DNA from: Myxococcota bacterium
GTDB lineage: Bacteria; Myxococcota_A; UBA9160; SMWR01
DNA: 64,000 bases
Assembly (NCBI GenBank): GCA_050618055.1
Contig: JBNLVK010000109.1
Span: 4,433 to 68,432, forward strand
Direction of reading: 5' to 3'
The notes under the pieces were generated by a model that saw nothing but the letters and a program-made list of their open reading frames with translations, had not been told where the DNA came from and made no database searches. Position numbers and translations under genes: made by a program. Below are positions 38,046 to 48,560 of this stretch, piece by piece. Every line of letters starts with the position of its first letter. Positions within the stretch are counted from its first letter, which is position 1.

Positions 38046-39539
38046 CTACGCCTGCCAGCCGGCCTCGGCCAGTCCCCGCGCGATCCGCTCGAACAAATCC
38101 TCGGGGAGCAGCAGGCGATCGATCTCCAGGTTGAAATGGGGCGTCTCCCGCTCCAGGCGGGCGAGCGCGCGGCGCGCGGCGTCGCGACGGCCCTGCCCTG
38201 CGAGGCTCGCGATCAGCACCGGCCGGTGCGTGAACGGGTCGGCTGCCGGCTGGAGGTCGACGGCGCGCGTCGCGTGCTCCGCCGCGGCCACGTCGTCTCC
38301 CGCCCGCAGGTAGGCGGCCGCCAGGTCCCCGTGGAAGTGGTGCAGGTAGGGGTCGCGCGGCGAGAGCCGAATCGCCCGCAGGTACCACTCCGGGGCCTTG
38401 CGCCAGCGCTCGCTCCACATGAGGGCGTTGCCGTAGCCCCAGCAGGTGAACGCCAAGCTCGGGTTCAACTCGATCGCGCGCTCCACCGAGGCGAGTCCGG
38501 GCCCCACGTCGCCCACGAAGACGAGCGACATCCCGAGGCCGAGGTGTCCGATCGGGTCCATGGGATCCAGGGCGACGGCTCGGCGTCCCGAGCTCGCAGC
38601 CCGCCCGAATCGCTCGACGGCGCGGGAGAGCGCCCCCTCGAGCTCGGTACCGCCTTCGTAGCGTGTCACCCCCACCGTCTGGAGGCCGTCCACGACGAAC
38701 GCGATCGAGAGCCCTGCGTGGGCCGGCGCGAAGTCCCCGTCCATCTCGATCGCCGCCTCGAAACAGCCGATCGACTCGCGCACCTCTTCCGGCGCCTGCC
38801 GGTAGAGCTTCACCATGCCGCGCTGGAAGTGCTCCCAGCTCCCGACGGATCCGCCGCCGGCGCGAAGGGCACGGAACCCCTCGACCTGGAGAAGCGTCGG
38901 CGCCAGCGCTCCCACGATCGATTCCGCGATCGCGTCCTGCACGCCGAGCACGTCGTCGATGTCCCGGTCGAAGCGCGAGGCCCAGACCTGGTACCCGTCG
39001 ACGGCGTCGATGAGCTGGACCTGGAGCCGCAGCCGCCGGGCGCTCGAGCGCGCGCTGCCCTCCACCAGGTAGCGCGCGCCGAGCTCCCGCGAGACGTCCT
39101 GCCACGCCACCGGGTAGCTGCGGTAGTGGAAGGTCGACGTCCGGGAGATGACGGGGAACCAGCGGAACGCGGCGAGTCCGTTGATCAGGTCGTTCACCAG
39201 CCCGTCGACGACGATGTCGGGCTCCGCGTCGCCTCGCAGATCCTCGAAGGGCAGGACGGCGATGGCCGGGCGATCGCCGAAGCCCGGGAACGAACGCGGC
39301 CTGGCCGACACCGCCCGCTCGCCGCCGCCGCCTCGCCCATCGACGAGACCGAGCCGTGCGAGCAGACCGATCGCCTCGGTGCGGTTCGTCACGTCGAGCG
39401 CCTTGAGCACCGCGGACACGTGGGCCTTCGCCGTCGAGAGGGAGATGCCCAGGACGCGAGCGATGTCGCGGTTGGTGAGCCCTCCCGCAACGGCCTCGAG
39501 GACTTCGAGCTGGCGGGGCGTGAGGAGGGGTTTGCTCAT
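38046..39539 (-). CDS. LuxR-HTH + TolB-like (adenylate-cyclase-associated) + TPR regulator
   Basis: LTPRQLEVL..GLTNRDIA..STAKAHVS..NRTEA; PAIAVLPF, ELGARYLVEGS, QVWASRFD; TPRs. Confidence 0.9.
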   Translation of the reverse strand: MSKPLLTPRQLEVLEAVAGGLTNRDIARVLGISLSTAKAHVSAVLKALDVTNRTEAIGLLARLGLVDGRGGGGERAVSARPRSFPGFGDRPAIAVLPFEDLRGDAEPDIVVDGLVNDLINGLAAFRWFPVISRTSTFHYRSYPVAWQDVSRELGARYLVEGSARSSARRLRLQVQLIDAVDGYQVWASRFDRDIDDVLGVQDAIAESIVGALAPTLLQVEGFRALRAGGGSVGSWEHFQRGMVKLYRQAPEEVRESIGCFEAAIEMDGDFAPAHAGLSIAFVVDGLQTVGVTRYEGGTELEGALSRAVERFGRAASSGRRAVALDPMDPIGHLGLGMSLVFVGDVGPGLASVERAIELNPSLAFTCWGYGNALMWSERWRKAPEWYLRAIRLSPRDPYLHHFHGDLAAAYLRAGDDVAAAEHATRAVDLQPAADPFTHRPVLIASLAGQGRRDAARRALARLERETPHFNLEIDRLLLPEDLFERIARGLAEAGWQA

Positions 39540-39792
39540 GGCGATCGAGAACGGACCCGCGCGAACGTAGCCGAGAGCCGTCGGACATCCACGGGCCAGC
39601 AAGCCAGGAGCCGAGCGATTCCAGTGACTTCTGGCGTCACCTCCCGATCGGGTCGATCTCGATCTCCGGGCGTACCGCGACGTGGCCGCGTGCGAACCGG
39701 CCCGCCTCGGCGCTGCGGACCGAGCCCGGGCCCCGTCCGGGTCCGACGTCGATGCAGTGAGCGCCGCCGGATGGTGCCGGCGAGCCACATCA

Positions 39793-40152
39793 CAGCTCCG
39801 ATCCCATCCGCTTCGTGGCGCCATCTTCGAGTCCTGGGTGGTGTCGGAGATCCTGAAGCGGCGGACGAATCGAGGCGAGACGCGTAGGCTGTCGTTCTAT
39901 CGAGATCGGGATGGCGTCGAGGTCGATGTCGTAGTCGAGCACTCGGATCGATTGGAGCTGGTCGAAGCGAAGTCGGCGGAGACGGCGTCGAGTAGCCTCT
40001 TTGCGTCGGGGGTGCGCGTGAAGGGACATCTCGAGTCTGGGTCCGTGCCTTGCGAGGTCGTTGCAGTCTATGGTGGAGATCGCGGACAGCGGCGGGCGGA
40101 GGCGAGCCTCGTTCCATGGGCCGGGGTGGGCGAGAGATCCTGGGAGCGTTGA
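39793..40152 (+). pseudogene. C-terminal remnant of an AAA+ ATPase/DUF4143 protein
   Basis: HPLRGAIFESWVVSEILK..FYRDRDGVEVDVV..VEAKS; the N-terminal ATPase is absent. Confidence 0.75.
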
Positions 40153-40384
40153 AGCCGGGGCTCCTTCGCCCTCTGCTTCCCACTGGGTTCGGATGACCAA
40201 GCGGATCCCCCTGTGCGACCGCGACATGGGCGCGCTCGCGCGCTCCCTGGTCGAGCCGGGCCTCGAGGGACGCGTCGAGGAATACTGGAACAGCGTCCGC
40301 GCTGCCGCGCAAGCGCAGCGAGAAGCCGAGCATTGACCACGCCCACCGCGTCGCGCAGCGCTCCCGCACGGACATGCGTCGGGT

Positions 40385-43300
40385 GTGGACTCCTCCGGCG
40401 CCGGGCGCGCGTTCTCGAAGCCGACATGCCCGGGTGATACGCTCGTGGGACGCGACGCGGTGCGCCCCGGAGCGCCACCCGCGCCGGCCCGATCGGGTGC
40501 GGGGACGCCAACGGAGACGAGCGGCGGATTGGACGCAGCGGCCATACACGACATCTTCGGCAGGGACGCGGAGCTGGCCTCCCTCCGGGCCGAGCTGACC
40601 GGCGCGATGCAGGGTTCCGGGCGCCTCGTGCTGATCAGCGGCGAGGCGGGCATCGGCAAGACCGCCCTGCTCTCGGCTCACGCCCGGGAGGCCCAGGCGC
40701 GGGGCGCCCTGGTCGCGTGGGGACGCTGCCACGAGATGCCCGGTGCGCCCGCCTACTGGCCGTGGTCACGCCTGATCGAAGAGCTGGCGTCGTCCAACGG
40801 CGTTCCCGACCGCAACCGCGACGACCTCGCCACGGTCCTCGGCGACCTGCGGGCGGCGGCTGCGACGTCGGGCGAGGACGCCGTCGTGCAGCGCGATCGG
40901 TTCGAGCTGTTCGGCCGGATCGCGAGTTGCCTGAGCGTGCTGGCGAAGAAGAGCGGGCTGCTTCTGGCGCTCGACGACATCCACTGGGCGGACACCGCGA
41001 GCATCGAGCTGCTGCGCTTCCTGGCCACCGAACTCTCGCGCGATTCCATCCTGTTGGTCGCCACGCTGCGCACCCACGAGCCGTCCGCCGAATCGACACT
41101 GGCCGGGCTCGCACGTCCGGCGCAGAGCTTTCCCCTCGGTCCGCTCGATCCAGCCGCCGTCGACGCGCTGCTCGCACAGCGCCTGCCGCCGACCGGCGTG
41201 GCCGGCTCGACGTCGGACGGCCCGAGCGACCCGAGCGACGAGATCGCTCGCCGCAGCGGCGGCAATCCGTTCTTCGCCCTCGAGCTCGCCCGCCTCCTGC
41301 GCGCGCAGAACGGCGCCGAGGCCCCGGCGGCCGCGCAGGCATTGCCGCAGACGATCCACCGCGTCATCGGGCAGCGCCTCACCGGCTTGCGGCCGGAAGT
41401 ACTCGACCTGCTTCGCGCGGCGTCGGTGATCGGGCGCGACTTCGCGGTTCCGCTGCTCGCCTCCGCCGCCGGGCGGCCGGCCCCCGAAGTCCACGAGGCG
41501 CTCCTCGCCGTCGTCGACTACGGCTTGCTCGCGCGCGACGCGCGACCCGACCGCTTCGTGTTCGTGCACGGACTGGTGCGCGAAGTGCTCTACGAGTCGA
41601 TGGACGAGGCCGAAGCCGCCGCAATCCACGGCCACATCGCCCGTGCGCTCCGCAAGCAGCTCGAATCCGATTCCCCGGATCCCTCGAGCGGCACCCTGCT
41701 TCCGAGCCTCGCTCACCACTTCCACTGCGCGCTGCGCGGCGCCCCGGACGCTGGCGGCGGCGCCCGCCGCGCAGCCGCCGAATACGCGTGGCGCGCGGGT
41801 GTGCAGATGCTCGATCAGCTCGCGTACGAGGAGGCAGCCCTGCACCTGGAGCGAGCGCTGGCATTGACGAACGAGGCGAGCGAGCCGACGCGTCACGTCG
41901 AGGTGTCGATCCGGCTCGGGCAGGCGCTGCTCGGGCAAGGAGATCGCGACCACGCGGAATCGATCCTGGAGAGAGCCCTGTCTCGTGCGCGCGCCGGCGA
42001 AGATCCGTTTCTCTTCGGCGAGGCGGTCCTGGCATGGAGCCTCGCGCGCGAGGAGATCGGCGCGGCCGACATCCAGACCAACGAGCGACTCGACACCGCC
42101 CTTCGGGCTCTGCCGGCCAGCGACTCGCGGCTGCGGGCTCGGCTCATGGCGAGGCTGTGCAACGGCCTGCACCTGGTTCGCGGCGAAGAGGAGAGGCGGG
42201 ACGAACTCTCGCGCGAGGCGATGGCCATGGCGCGTCGACTGGGAGACCCCGCGACGCTGGTCTTCGCGCAGATCCGCCACTTCGCCCTGCTGGCGGGGCC
42301 CGACGCTCTCACGGAGCGGCTCGCCTCCATCGAGCAGATGCTCGAGGACCGCAGCGGCCCGACGGGCGAGCTCTTCGCACTGTCGGTCAAGATGGACGCT
42401 TGCGTCGAGGCGGGCGACCGTCCGGGTCTCGATGCGGCACTCGTGGCGTTCGACGAGAAGTCGCGCGAGGCGCGGCACCCGTACTTCCGCTGGCTCGGCA
42501 CCAGCCATCACGGCGCGCTGGCCTTGATGGAGGGGCGCTACGAGGACGCGGAGGAGCTGGTCGTCGAGGCGTTGCGGCTCGGATCGCGCGTCCAGCCGGA
42601 GACACCGGGTCTTCACTTCGCGCAGCAGATGTTCATGCTGCGTGCCTGGCAGGGGCGCATGCACGAGGTCGCTCCCCTGGTCGAAGGCAGCGCGGATGCA
42701 GTCAAGACCGTCGCGGCGTGGCGCTGTGCGCTCGCCGACCTCTACGACCACCTGGGTCGGCGCGTCGACTCGCAACGCGAGTTCGAGGCGCTGGCACACG
42801 ACGACTTCGCCGGCTTCCGGCGCGACACGACGTGGCTGACGAGCATCATGCTGCTCGCCTCTCTGTGCGGACGCATCGGCGACCGCGCGCGCGCCGAGAC
42901 GCTCTACGGCCAGCTCGTGCCCTACTCGGGACGCGTCGCGGTCGCCAGCCCGATGATCGTCGCCATCGCGCCGGTGGACATGCGCCTCGGCCAGCTAGCC
43001 ACGCTGCTCGGGCGCTACGACGACGCCGAGCGGCACCTGACCGACGCCCGCTCGCTCTCCCGTGCGATGCGGGCGACCACGTGGGAGGCGGAGGCGTGTT
43101 ATCACCAGGGCCGGCTCCATCTCGCTCGGGGGGCGGTCGGCGACGCCGCGCGCGCATCGGAGTGCTTCGAACAGGCGGAGGCGCCCGCCAGCGCGATCGG
43201 AATGAAGCTGTTGCTGGACTGGATCGAGGACGCGCGTGCGGAGGCCCCGCAGCCGGCCGCGAGCGCCGGCCCGCCGGCGCGCTTCGCCCGCGACGGCGAC

Positions 43301-43816
43301 GGTTTCGTGCTCGCGTTCGAAGGACGGTCTACACGGCTTCGCTCGATGGTGGGCCTCGGCTACATCCAGGCACTGCTCTCGCAGCCCGACCGCGAGCTGC
43401 ATGTCCTAGAGCTCGCGAACCCGGACCCGGAGGCGACCGCCGACAGCGGCGACGCAGGCCCGCACCTCGACGCCCAGGCGCGCGCCGCCTACACGGAGCG
43501 CGGCCGCGAGCTGCGCGCCGAGCTGGCGGACGCCGAGGGCTGCAACGACGCCGGGCGCCGGGAACGCGCATCCGAGGAGCTCGAGTTCGTGACCGCCGAG
43601 CTCGAGCGCGCGCTCGGTCTAGGTGGCCGCGAGCGGCGCAGCGGCGCGGCGGCCGAGCGCGCGCGCGTCTCGGTCACGCGCGCCATCCGCTACGCCACGC
43701 GCAGGATCGGCGAGTTCGACCCCGCGCTGGCCGACCACCTCGACCGCCACATCAAGACGGGCGCCTTCTGCGTCTACGCACCGCCCGAACGCGATCGGGT
43801 GGAGTGGAGCCTGTAG
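40385..43816 (+). CDS. Large STAND (AAA_16-like) ATPase-TPR transcriptional regulator
   Basis: FGRDAEL, GEAGIGKT, LDDIHWAD, GGNPFF, FVHGLVRE, TPR region, C-terminal ERARVSVTRAIR..IKTGAFCVY; start uncertain. Confidence 0.88.
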   Translation: MDSSGAGRAFSKPTCPGDTLVGRDAVRPGAPPAPARSGAGTPTETSGGLDAAAIHDIFGRDAELASLRAELTGAMQGSGRLVLISGEAGIGKTALLSAHAREAQARGALVAWGRCHEMPGAPAYWPWSRLIEELASSNGVPDRNRDDLATVLGDLRAAAATSGEDAVVQRDRFELFGRIASCLSVLAKKSGLLLALDDIHWADTASIELLRFLATELSRDSILLVATLRTHEPSAESTLAGLARPAQSFPLGPLDPAAVDALLAQRLPPTGVAGSTSDGPSDPSDEIARRSGGNPFFALELARLLRAQNGAEAPAAAQALPQTIHRVIGQRLTGLRPEVLDLLRAASVIGRDFAVPLLASAAGRPAPEVHEALLAVVDYGLLARDARPDRFVFVHGLVREVLYESMDEAEAAAIHGHIARALRKQLESDSPDPSSGTLLPSLAHHFHCALRGAPDAGGGARRAAAEYAWRAGVQMLDQLAYEEAALHLERALALTNEASEPTRHVEVSIRLGQALLGQGDRDHAESILERALSRARAGEDPFLFGEAVLAWSLAREEIGAADIQTNERLDTALRALPASDSRLRARLMARLCNGLHLVRGEEERRDELSREAMAMARRLGDPATLVFAQIRHFALLAGPDALTERLASIEQMLEDRSGPTGELFALSVKMDACVEAGDRPGLDAALVAFDEKSREARHPYFRWLGTSHHGALALMEGRYEDAEELVVEALRLGSRVQPETPGLHFAQQMFMLRAWQGRMHEVAPLVEGSADAVKTVAAWRCALADLYDHLGRRVDSQREFEALAHDDFAGFRRDTTWLTSIMLLASLCGRIGDRARAETLYGQLVPYSGRVAVASPMIVAIAPVDMRLGQLATLLGRYDDAERHLTDARSLSRAMRATTWEAEACYHQGRLHLARGAVGDAARASECFEQAEAPASAIGMKLLLDWIEDARAEAPQPAASAGPPARFARDGDGFVLAFEGRSTRLRSMVGLGYIQALLSQPDRELHVLELANPDPEATADSGDAGPHLDAQARAAYTERGRELRAELADAEGCNDAGRRERASEELEFVTAELERALGLGGRERRSGAAAERARVSVTRAIRYATRRIGEFDPALADHLDRHIKTGAFCVYAPPERDRVEWSL

Positions 43817-43874
43817 CGCCCCACCCCACCCTCCCGTGACACAGCCGTGCCGCCCTGGCCGCGGCCGTGCGACC

Positions 43875-46661
43875 CTAGCAGCGCGCCCGCACGTGGCGGC
43901 GCGCCAGCGCGCGGAGGAGGAGCACGCCCGCGAAGAGCATCGCGCCGAACGCCGGCTCGGGCAGCGCGATCACGCGCAGCTCTGCGCCATGGTCGGCATC
44001 CGATGCGATGAAGAAGATGTTGGCCCCGGCCTCGACGAAGCCCTGGTAGTTCGGCTCCGAGTCGGCGGGCCCGGCTGCGACGTCGCCGACGAGCAGCGTT
44101 CCCAGCGCGGTGCCGTCCGTCTTCCAGGGCTCGAGCCCGGCAACGCCGTCCTCGGCCGCGAAGTAGAGCGTGTCGTCGATCTCGTCGAGGATGATCGTGA
44201 ACGAGTCGAACGCCCAGCCGTCGCCCGGCAGCAGGTCCGTCACCATTTCGGTGCCCACCGCCGTGCCGTCGCTCTTCCACAGCTCGCGACCCGCGAGGCC
44301 GTCGTCGCCCAGGAAGAAGAGGAGCCCGTTCGACCGGACCAGCGGCGATCCGTAGAAGTTCACGCCCTGCGAGCCCGGGCCCACGTCCACCACGAGAGCG
44401 GTGCCGGGATCGGTGCCGTCCGTGGACCAGAGCTCGTCGCCCACGACGCCGTCGTTGGCGAAGAAGTAGAGCAGCCCGGCGTGTACGACCAGATCGTGGG
44501 GCTCGCCGCCGTAGAAGAAGTGCGAGCGGATGTCCTTCACCTTGACGGTTCCGAGCGCCGTTCCGTCGGTCTTCCACAGCTCGCCGCCGGTGCCGTCGTC
44601 GGCCGGGAAGTAGAGCTCACCGTTGTACTCGGTGAACTCGACGCTGTACCCGATGCCGTCCCCCGCGCCGACGTTGATGTCGGCCACGAGCTGCGTGCCG
44701 GCGAGGGTCCCGTCGGTCTTCCAGAGCTCGTTGCCTGTCGCGCCGTCGTCGGCGCGGAAGTACCACTCGCCGCCGAACAGGGTTCCGAACCCGGGAGAGG
44801 AGCTGCTCGTGCCCGGGTTGATGTCCTTCACGGGCACCGTGCCCGCATAGGTTCCGTCGCTCTTCCACAGCTCGGATCCGGTCACGCCGTCGTCGACGAC
44901 GAGCAACACGTCGCCACCGACCTCGCCGAACGGCGAGGCCCCCGAGCCGGTCGTGCCGGCGACCAGGTCGGCGACCTGCGTGGTGCCGAGCTCGGTGCCA
45001 TCCGTCTTCCACAGCTCGTCGCCGGTCGCGCCGTCGTTGCCGCGGAAGTACAGGGTGGAGCCGAGGACGTAGAAGTTGCTGTAGGTCGCCGTTCCGCCCG
45101 GGGCGAGGTCCTTCACCACCTCCGTCCCCGGCTCGGTGCCGTCGCTGCGCCAGAGCTTCTTGCCGGTGCCGTCGTCGGCGGTGAACAGCAGCAGGGAGCC
45201 AAGTGCGGCGAAGTTCTGGATGCCCGCGCCGTCCGTTCCGTCCCAGACGTCGCTCACCTGCAGCGTTCCGAGAGCCGTGCCGTCGCTCTTCCAGAGCTCG
45301 AACCCGCTCGCGCCGTCCGTGCCCTCGAAGTAGAGCTCGCCGCCGACGTCGAAGAACTTCGCGACCGCGAAGGTGTTGATCATGTCGAGGTCGCCGGGCG
45401 CCAGGTCGACCACCATGGACGTGCCGAGCGCCGTGCCGTCGGTCTCCCACAGCTCGATGCCGTTGGTGCCGTCGTCCGCCGCGAAGTAGGCGACGCCGCC
45501 GATGGGCGTGATCTCTCGAGGGCTCGAGCCGTCGACTCCCGGCCAGATGTCGACGAGGGGCGCCGTCCCGAGCACCGTGCCGTCGCTGCCCCAGAGTTCG
45601 TAGCCGGTCGCACCGTCGTTGGCCGAGAACACGGTCTGCGCGCCGGCAGCAGCGAACTCGGAGGGAAAGGAGCCGCTCGCGCCGGGATTCACGTCGTCGA
45701 GCATGAAGGTGCCGAGCGCCGTGCCGTCGCTCGTCCAGGGCTCGGAGCCGTTGAGGCCGTCGTTGCCCGCGAAGTAGAGCTTTCCGTTGGACTTCCACAT
45801 GGAGTAGGCGCCGCCGCTGCCCGTGGCGTTGATGTCGGTCACCATCGTCGTGCCGACGAGCGTGCCGTCGCTCTGCCACAGCTCGCGGCCGAAGCTTCCG
45901 TCGTCCGCGTGGAAGTAGAGCAGGCCGCCGAGCTCGGTGAGGCCGTACGGAGAGCTGCTGCTGCTGCCGGGGCGGATGTCCGCCACCTCTACGGTGCCCA
46001 CTGCGGTGCCGTCGCTCTTCCAGAGCTCGGTGCCGTTGTTGCCACGGGCCGAGAAGAAGAGCGTGCCGCCCACGTCCGTCAGGTAGTTCGGCGAAGCGCT
46101 TCCGAAGGCATAGATGTCCGTGACGAGAACGGTGCCCGGCGTGGTGCCGTCGGTGGTGTAGAGCTCGTCACCCACGGGTCCGGTCGCGGTGAAGAAGAGC
46201 TGTCCGCCGACCTCGATCCAGTCCGACGGGCTCGAGCTGCCCTCCCCCGGCTGGATGTCGGCCAGCAGGTACGTCCCGGCCGCGGTGCCGTCGCTTCGCC
46301 ACGGCTCGGTGCCCTCGGCCTCGGTGATGCCCGCGAAGTACGCGACACCGCCCGACACGCCGATCGGGTAGTTGCCGGCTTCGGCCGCCGAGCTGATGCG
46401 CTCGGTGCCCGCCAGCGTCCCGTCGCTCTTGTAGAGGAAGGTGCCGTCGAAGTCGCGGGCGATGAACACGATGGTGCCGCCACCGAGGTCGGCGACGCGG
46501 TCGGGGTAGCTGTGGCCTTCGGAGAAGAGGGTATTGATGTCCTTCACCAGGCTGACCTGCGCCTGGCTTGCGGGCGCGACGAGGCCCAGGACCAGGACGT
46601 AGAGCCAGACCAGGCGGTCGAGCCGCTTGGCGCGGATCGGGGCGGAGTGCTGTCGAGTCAC
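43875..46661 (-). CDS. ELWxxDGT-repeat beta-propeller surface protein with PEP-CTERM
   Basis: About 17 ELW(K/S)xDGT repeats; signal peptide; LPEPAFGAMLFAGVLLLRALARR. Confidence 0.93.
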   Translation of the reverse strand: MTRQHSAPIRAKRLDRLVWLYVLVLGLVAPASQAQVSLVKDINTLFSEGHSYPDRVADLGGGTIVFIARDFDGTFLYKSDGTLAGTERISSAAEAGNYPIGVSGGVAYFAGITEAEGTEPWRSDGTAAGTYLLADIQPGEGSSSPSDWIEVGGQLFFTATGPVGDELYTTDGTTPGTVLVTDIYAFGSASPNYLTDVGGTLFFSARGNNGTELWKSDGTAVGTVEVADIRPGSSSSSPYGLTELGGLLYFHADDGSFGRELWQSDGTLVGTTMVTDINATGSGGAYSMWKSNGKLYFAGNDGLNGSEPWTSDGTALGTFMLDDVNPGASGSFPSEFAAAGAQTVFSANDGATGYELWGSDGTVLGTAPLVDIWPGVDGSSPREITPIGGVAYFAADDGTNGIELWETDGTALGTSMVVDLAPGDLDMINTFAVAKFFDVGGELYFEGTDGASGFELWKSDGTALGTLQVSDVWDGTDGAGIQNFAALGSLLLFTADDGTGKKLWRSDGTEPGTEVVKDLAPGGTATYSNFYVLGSTLYFRGNDGATGDELWKTDGTELGTTQVADLVAGTTGSGASPFGEVGGDVLLVVDDGVTGSELWKSDGTYAGTVPVKDINPGTSSSSPGFGTLFGGEWYFRADDGATGNELWKTDGTLAGTQLVADINVGAGDGIGYSVEFTEYNGELYFPADDGTGGELWKTDGTALGTVKVKDIRSHFFYGGEPHDLVVHAGLLYFFANDGVVGDELWSTDGTDPGTALVVDVGPGSQGVNFYGSPLVRSNGLLFFLGDDGLAGRELWKSDGTAVGTEMVTDLLPGDGWAFDSFTIILDEIDDTLYFAAEDGVAGLEPWKTDGTALGTLLVGDVAAGPADSEPNYQGFVEAGANIFFIASDADHGAELRVIALPEPAFGAMLFAGVLLLRALARRHVRARC

Positions 46662-46959
46662 GGGATGACCTCTCGGGGCAGGGGTTCCATCCGGAAGGCG
46701 TGACAGCGCGTGGAACAATGTTCGAAGCGTCGCCAGGCCAGCGTGTCACGACGCCTCGGGCAGCCCCGGCGCAACCTCCCCGCGGGACCGTGCTCTGTCG
46801 TTCGCGCGGGACCCTTGCGTGGCAGGAAACGGAGCGACCGGGGCACCACACTCGTCCGCGCAAGCCGCCTCGTTGCCCGCGCGACCTCGGTCTTCCCCGC
46901 ACGACCGCCAAGGCGCGCCGGCGCGCAGCATCCGCGAAGCGGATGCGGAGCCCTCAAAC

Positions 46960-47004
46960 TGGCACGCCGGGAGGGATTCGAACCCCCGACCCTCAGGTTC
47001 GAAG
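46960..47004 (-). tRNA. 3' half of tRNA-Arg(UCG), from anticodon loop to CCA; att-like duplicate, not a complete tRNA
   Basis: CTTCGAA CCTGA GGGTC GGGGG TTCGAAT CCCTC CCGGCGTG CCA; the adjacent sequence cannot form the 5' anticodon stem or D arm. Confidence 0.8.
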
Positions 47005-47526
47005 ATCGAGGCAAGCGCAAGAAGTGACGCGTACTTGCGCCTTCGGGGCGGCACAGAGCGGCACGCGGCGGCAGGACGCGGCACCGGCGACGGCTCTCCT
47101 CTGTCCGATCCGGATCACCCGCAAGGGCCTCTACAACTAGAGGCCCACACTGCAAAGTAATCTCGGAGGGGGCCTAGCTCCCAGACTCAAGGAAGAAAAC
47201 TAGCGTTCTCGTACGCAGTGAACGGGAAGGAGCCGCTGCGTGACGAAAACCCCCTCCTTCTGCGCCGATAACCCTAGAGGTCGACGACCTTGTCGAGCGC
47301 GCGGAGTTGCCACCGGGTCGTGGCTTTGGCTGCGGTCGCTGGAACCGTGGCCTCTCCATTCAGATTTCTCCTTCATTTCCGGAAACTTAGATCTCCGGAG
47401 GCAGATTCAGTGCGCGCCCTTCACCTCCGGGTTCTGGCCGCTAACGCTTGATGGGCCGGGCGCCGATACATCCGAAGTGCCGCCAGATCCGGATGGCAAA
47501 CCCCAACTGCTACGCTCCGAGGGACC

Positions 47527-48141
47527 ATGGGCAACGCGAAGTCCGACAGCGGGGCGTTGCTGGAGGCGGGCCGCGACGCTTGGCCGCAGCGTGCTGACGC
47601 GCAGCAGCCGACGCCGTCGCTGACTCGTGGGTCAGGGCGCCTCTATAGCTACACCGACCCAGCAACCGAGTCGCGCGTGTGGGTGCGCCACCTCAGTCCC
47701 AGAGCGATTCGGGCGAGGCTCCTTCACGCGACCAGAAGGGACCGGATCTACCGCGATGCCGGCGGAGCCGTCAAGTTCCCAGCCGTCGAACTCGAGCTCA
47801 CGCAAGCGGAGGCGGTGCAGCTAACGGCAGCGCTTGAACCCCTCTCACCCCGCTCGTTGAGGGACATCTCCCCGGCAGTTCGGACTGTGGTGATCGCGCT
47901 CGCCACGCTTGTTGGCTTCATCCGCGGGCTATTGGGTGATAAGGTCGTGGCTCAGTTCTCAAGCCCCGACCGAATGTGGTACGGATCAATCTACTCCACT
48001 AGGGGGCATCACTTCGTGAATCTCCACGCCCGCAGCAAGGAGGCGCTGGAGGCGGGACTTCGCAAGGTGACGAGCTCCCTCCAATCTGGAGCCCCCCAAG
48101 ATGACGCTACGGGCATTCCTGGAAGACCCGACGGCCACTGA
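47527..48141 (+). CDS. Hypothetical protein
   Basis: GAGGG RBS plus ATG; no recognisable motif; overlaps the next ORF by about 40 bp. Confidence 0.4.
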   Translation: MGNAKSDSGALLEAGRDAWPQRADAQQPTPSLTRGSGRLYSYTDPATESRVWVRHLSPRAIRARLLHATRRDRIYRDAGGAVKFPAVELELTQAEAVQLTAALEPLSPRSLRDISPAVRTVVIALATLVGFIRGLLGDKVVAQFSSPDRMWYGSIYSTRGHHFVNLHARSKEALEAGLRKVTSSLQSGAPQDDATGIPGRPDGH

Positions 48142-48541
48142 CTGGGAGAAGCGTGCCGCCGAGGCCATCGACGTACGGATCGGGCTGGCAAGGTCAGGAC
48201 TGCAGTGGCCCTCGCGCGAAGCAGTAGTCGGCCTAGCAACTCACGCCTTCGCCTCGCGCGGGCTCCCGATGGCGCCGGATGCGGTCGCAGAGGTGATGTC
48301 GCCCTTCTTGGACTCGATTCGCTTCGATGTCCTGGACGCCTTCCTTCGCAGTCATCCGGAACGGGCCCCTGCAGGCGCCGAGTTCGTAGACGCGCTCTGC
48401 GCGTCGTCTCTGGTCGTCGCTCTGTCGGAAGCAGATTCAGCCCAGAAGCAGTTCGATGGCGTAAAGGCCAACCACGTGCGGAAGGTCTGGGAGTGGCTCC
48501 GAGAGAACTGCACGTTCCCGCTCGTGGGCGTCTGCGACTAG
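48101..48541 (+). CDS. Hypothetical helical protein
   Basis: Protein-like composition; no recognisable motif. Confidence 0.45.
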   Translation: MTLRAFLEDPTATDWEKRAAEAIDVRIGLARSGLQWPSREAVVGLATHAFASRGLPMAPDAVAEVMSPFLDSIRFDVLDAFLRSHPERAPAGAEFVDALCASSLVVALSEADSAQKQFDGVKANHVRKVWEWLRENCTFPLVGVCD

Positions 48542-48560
48542 CAACAAGCAGGTCTAGACG

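Noticed and set aside
43875-46661. DNA tandem repeats (GTGCCGTCGCTCTTCCA-like) as a non-coding array
   Set aside because: Explained by the coding ELWxxDGT protein repeats
1-46900. Genome-wide TAG recoding
   Set aside because: TAG terminates many full-length genes at their expected ends (e.g. 12297, 15571, 27032, 30775, 43816)
46960-47040. Complete tRNA gene
   Set aside because: Only the anticodon loop to CCA is present; the upstream sequence cannot pair to form the anticodon stem or acceptor, so it is reported as an att-like fragment
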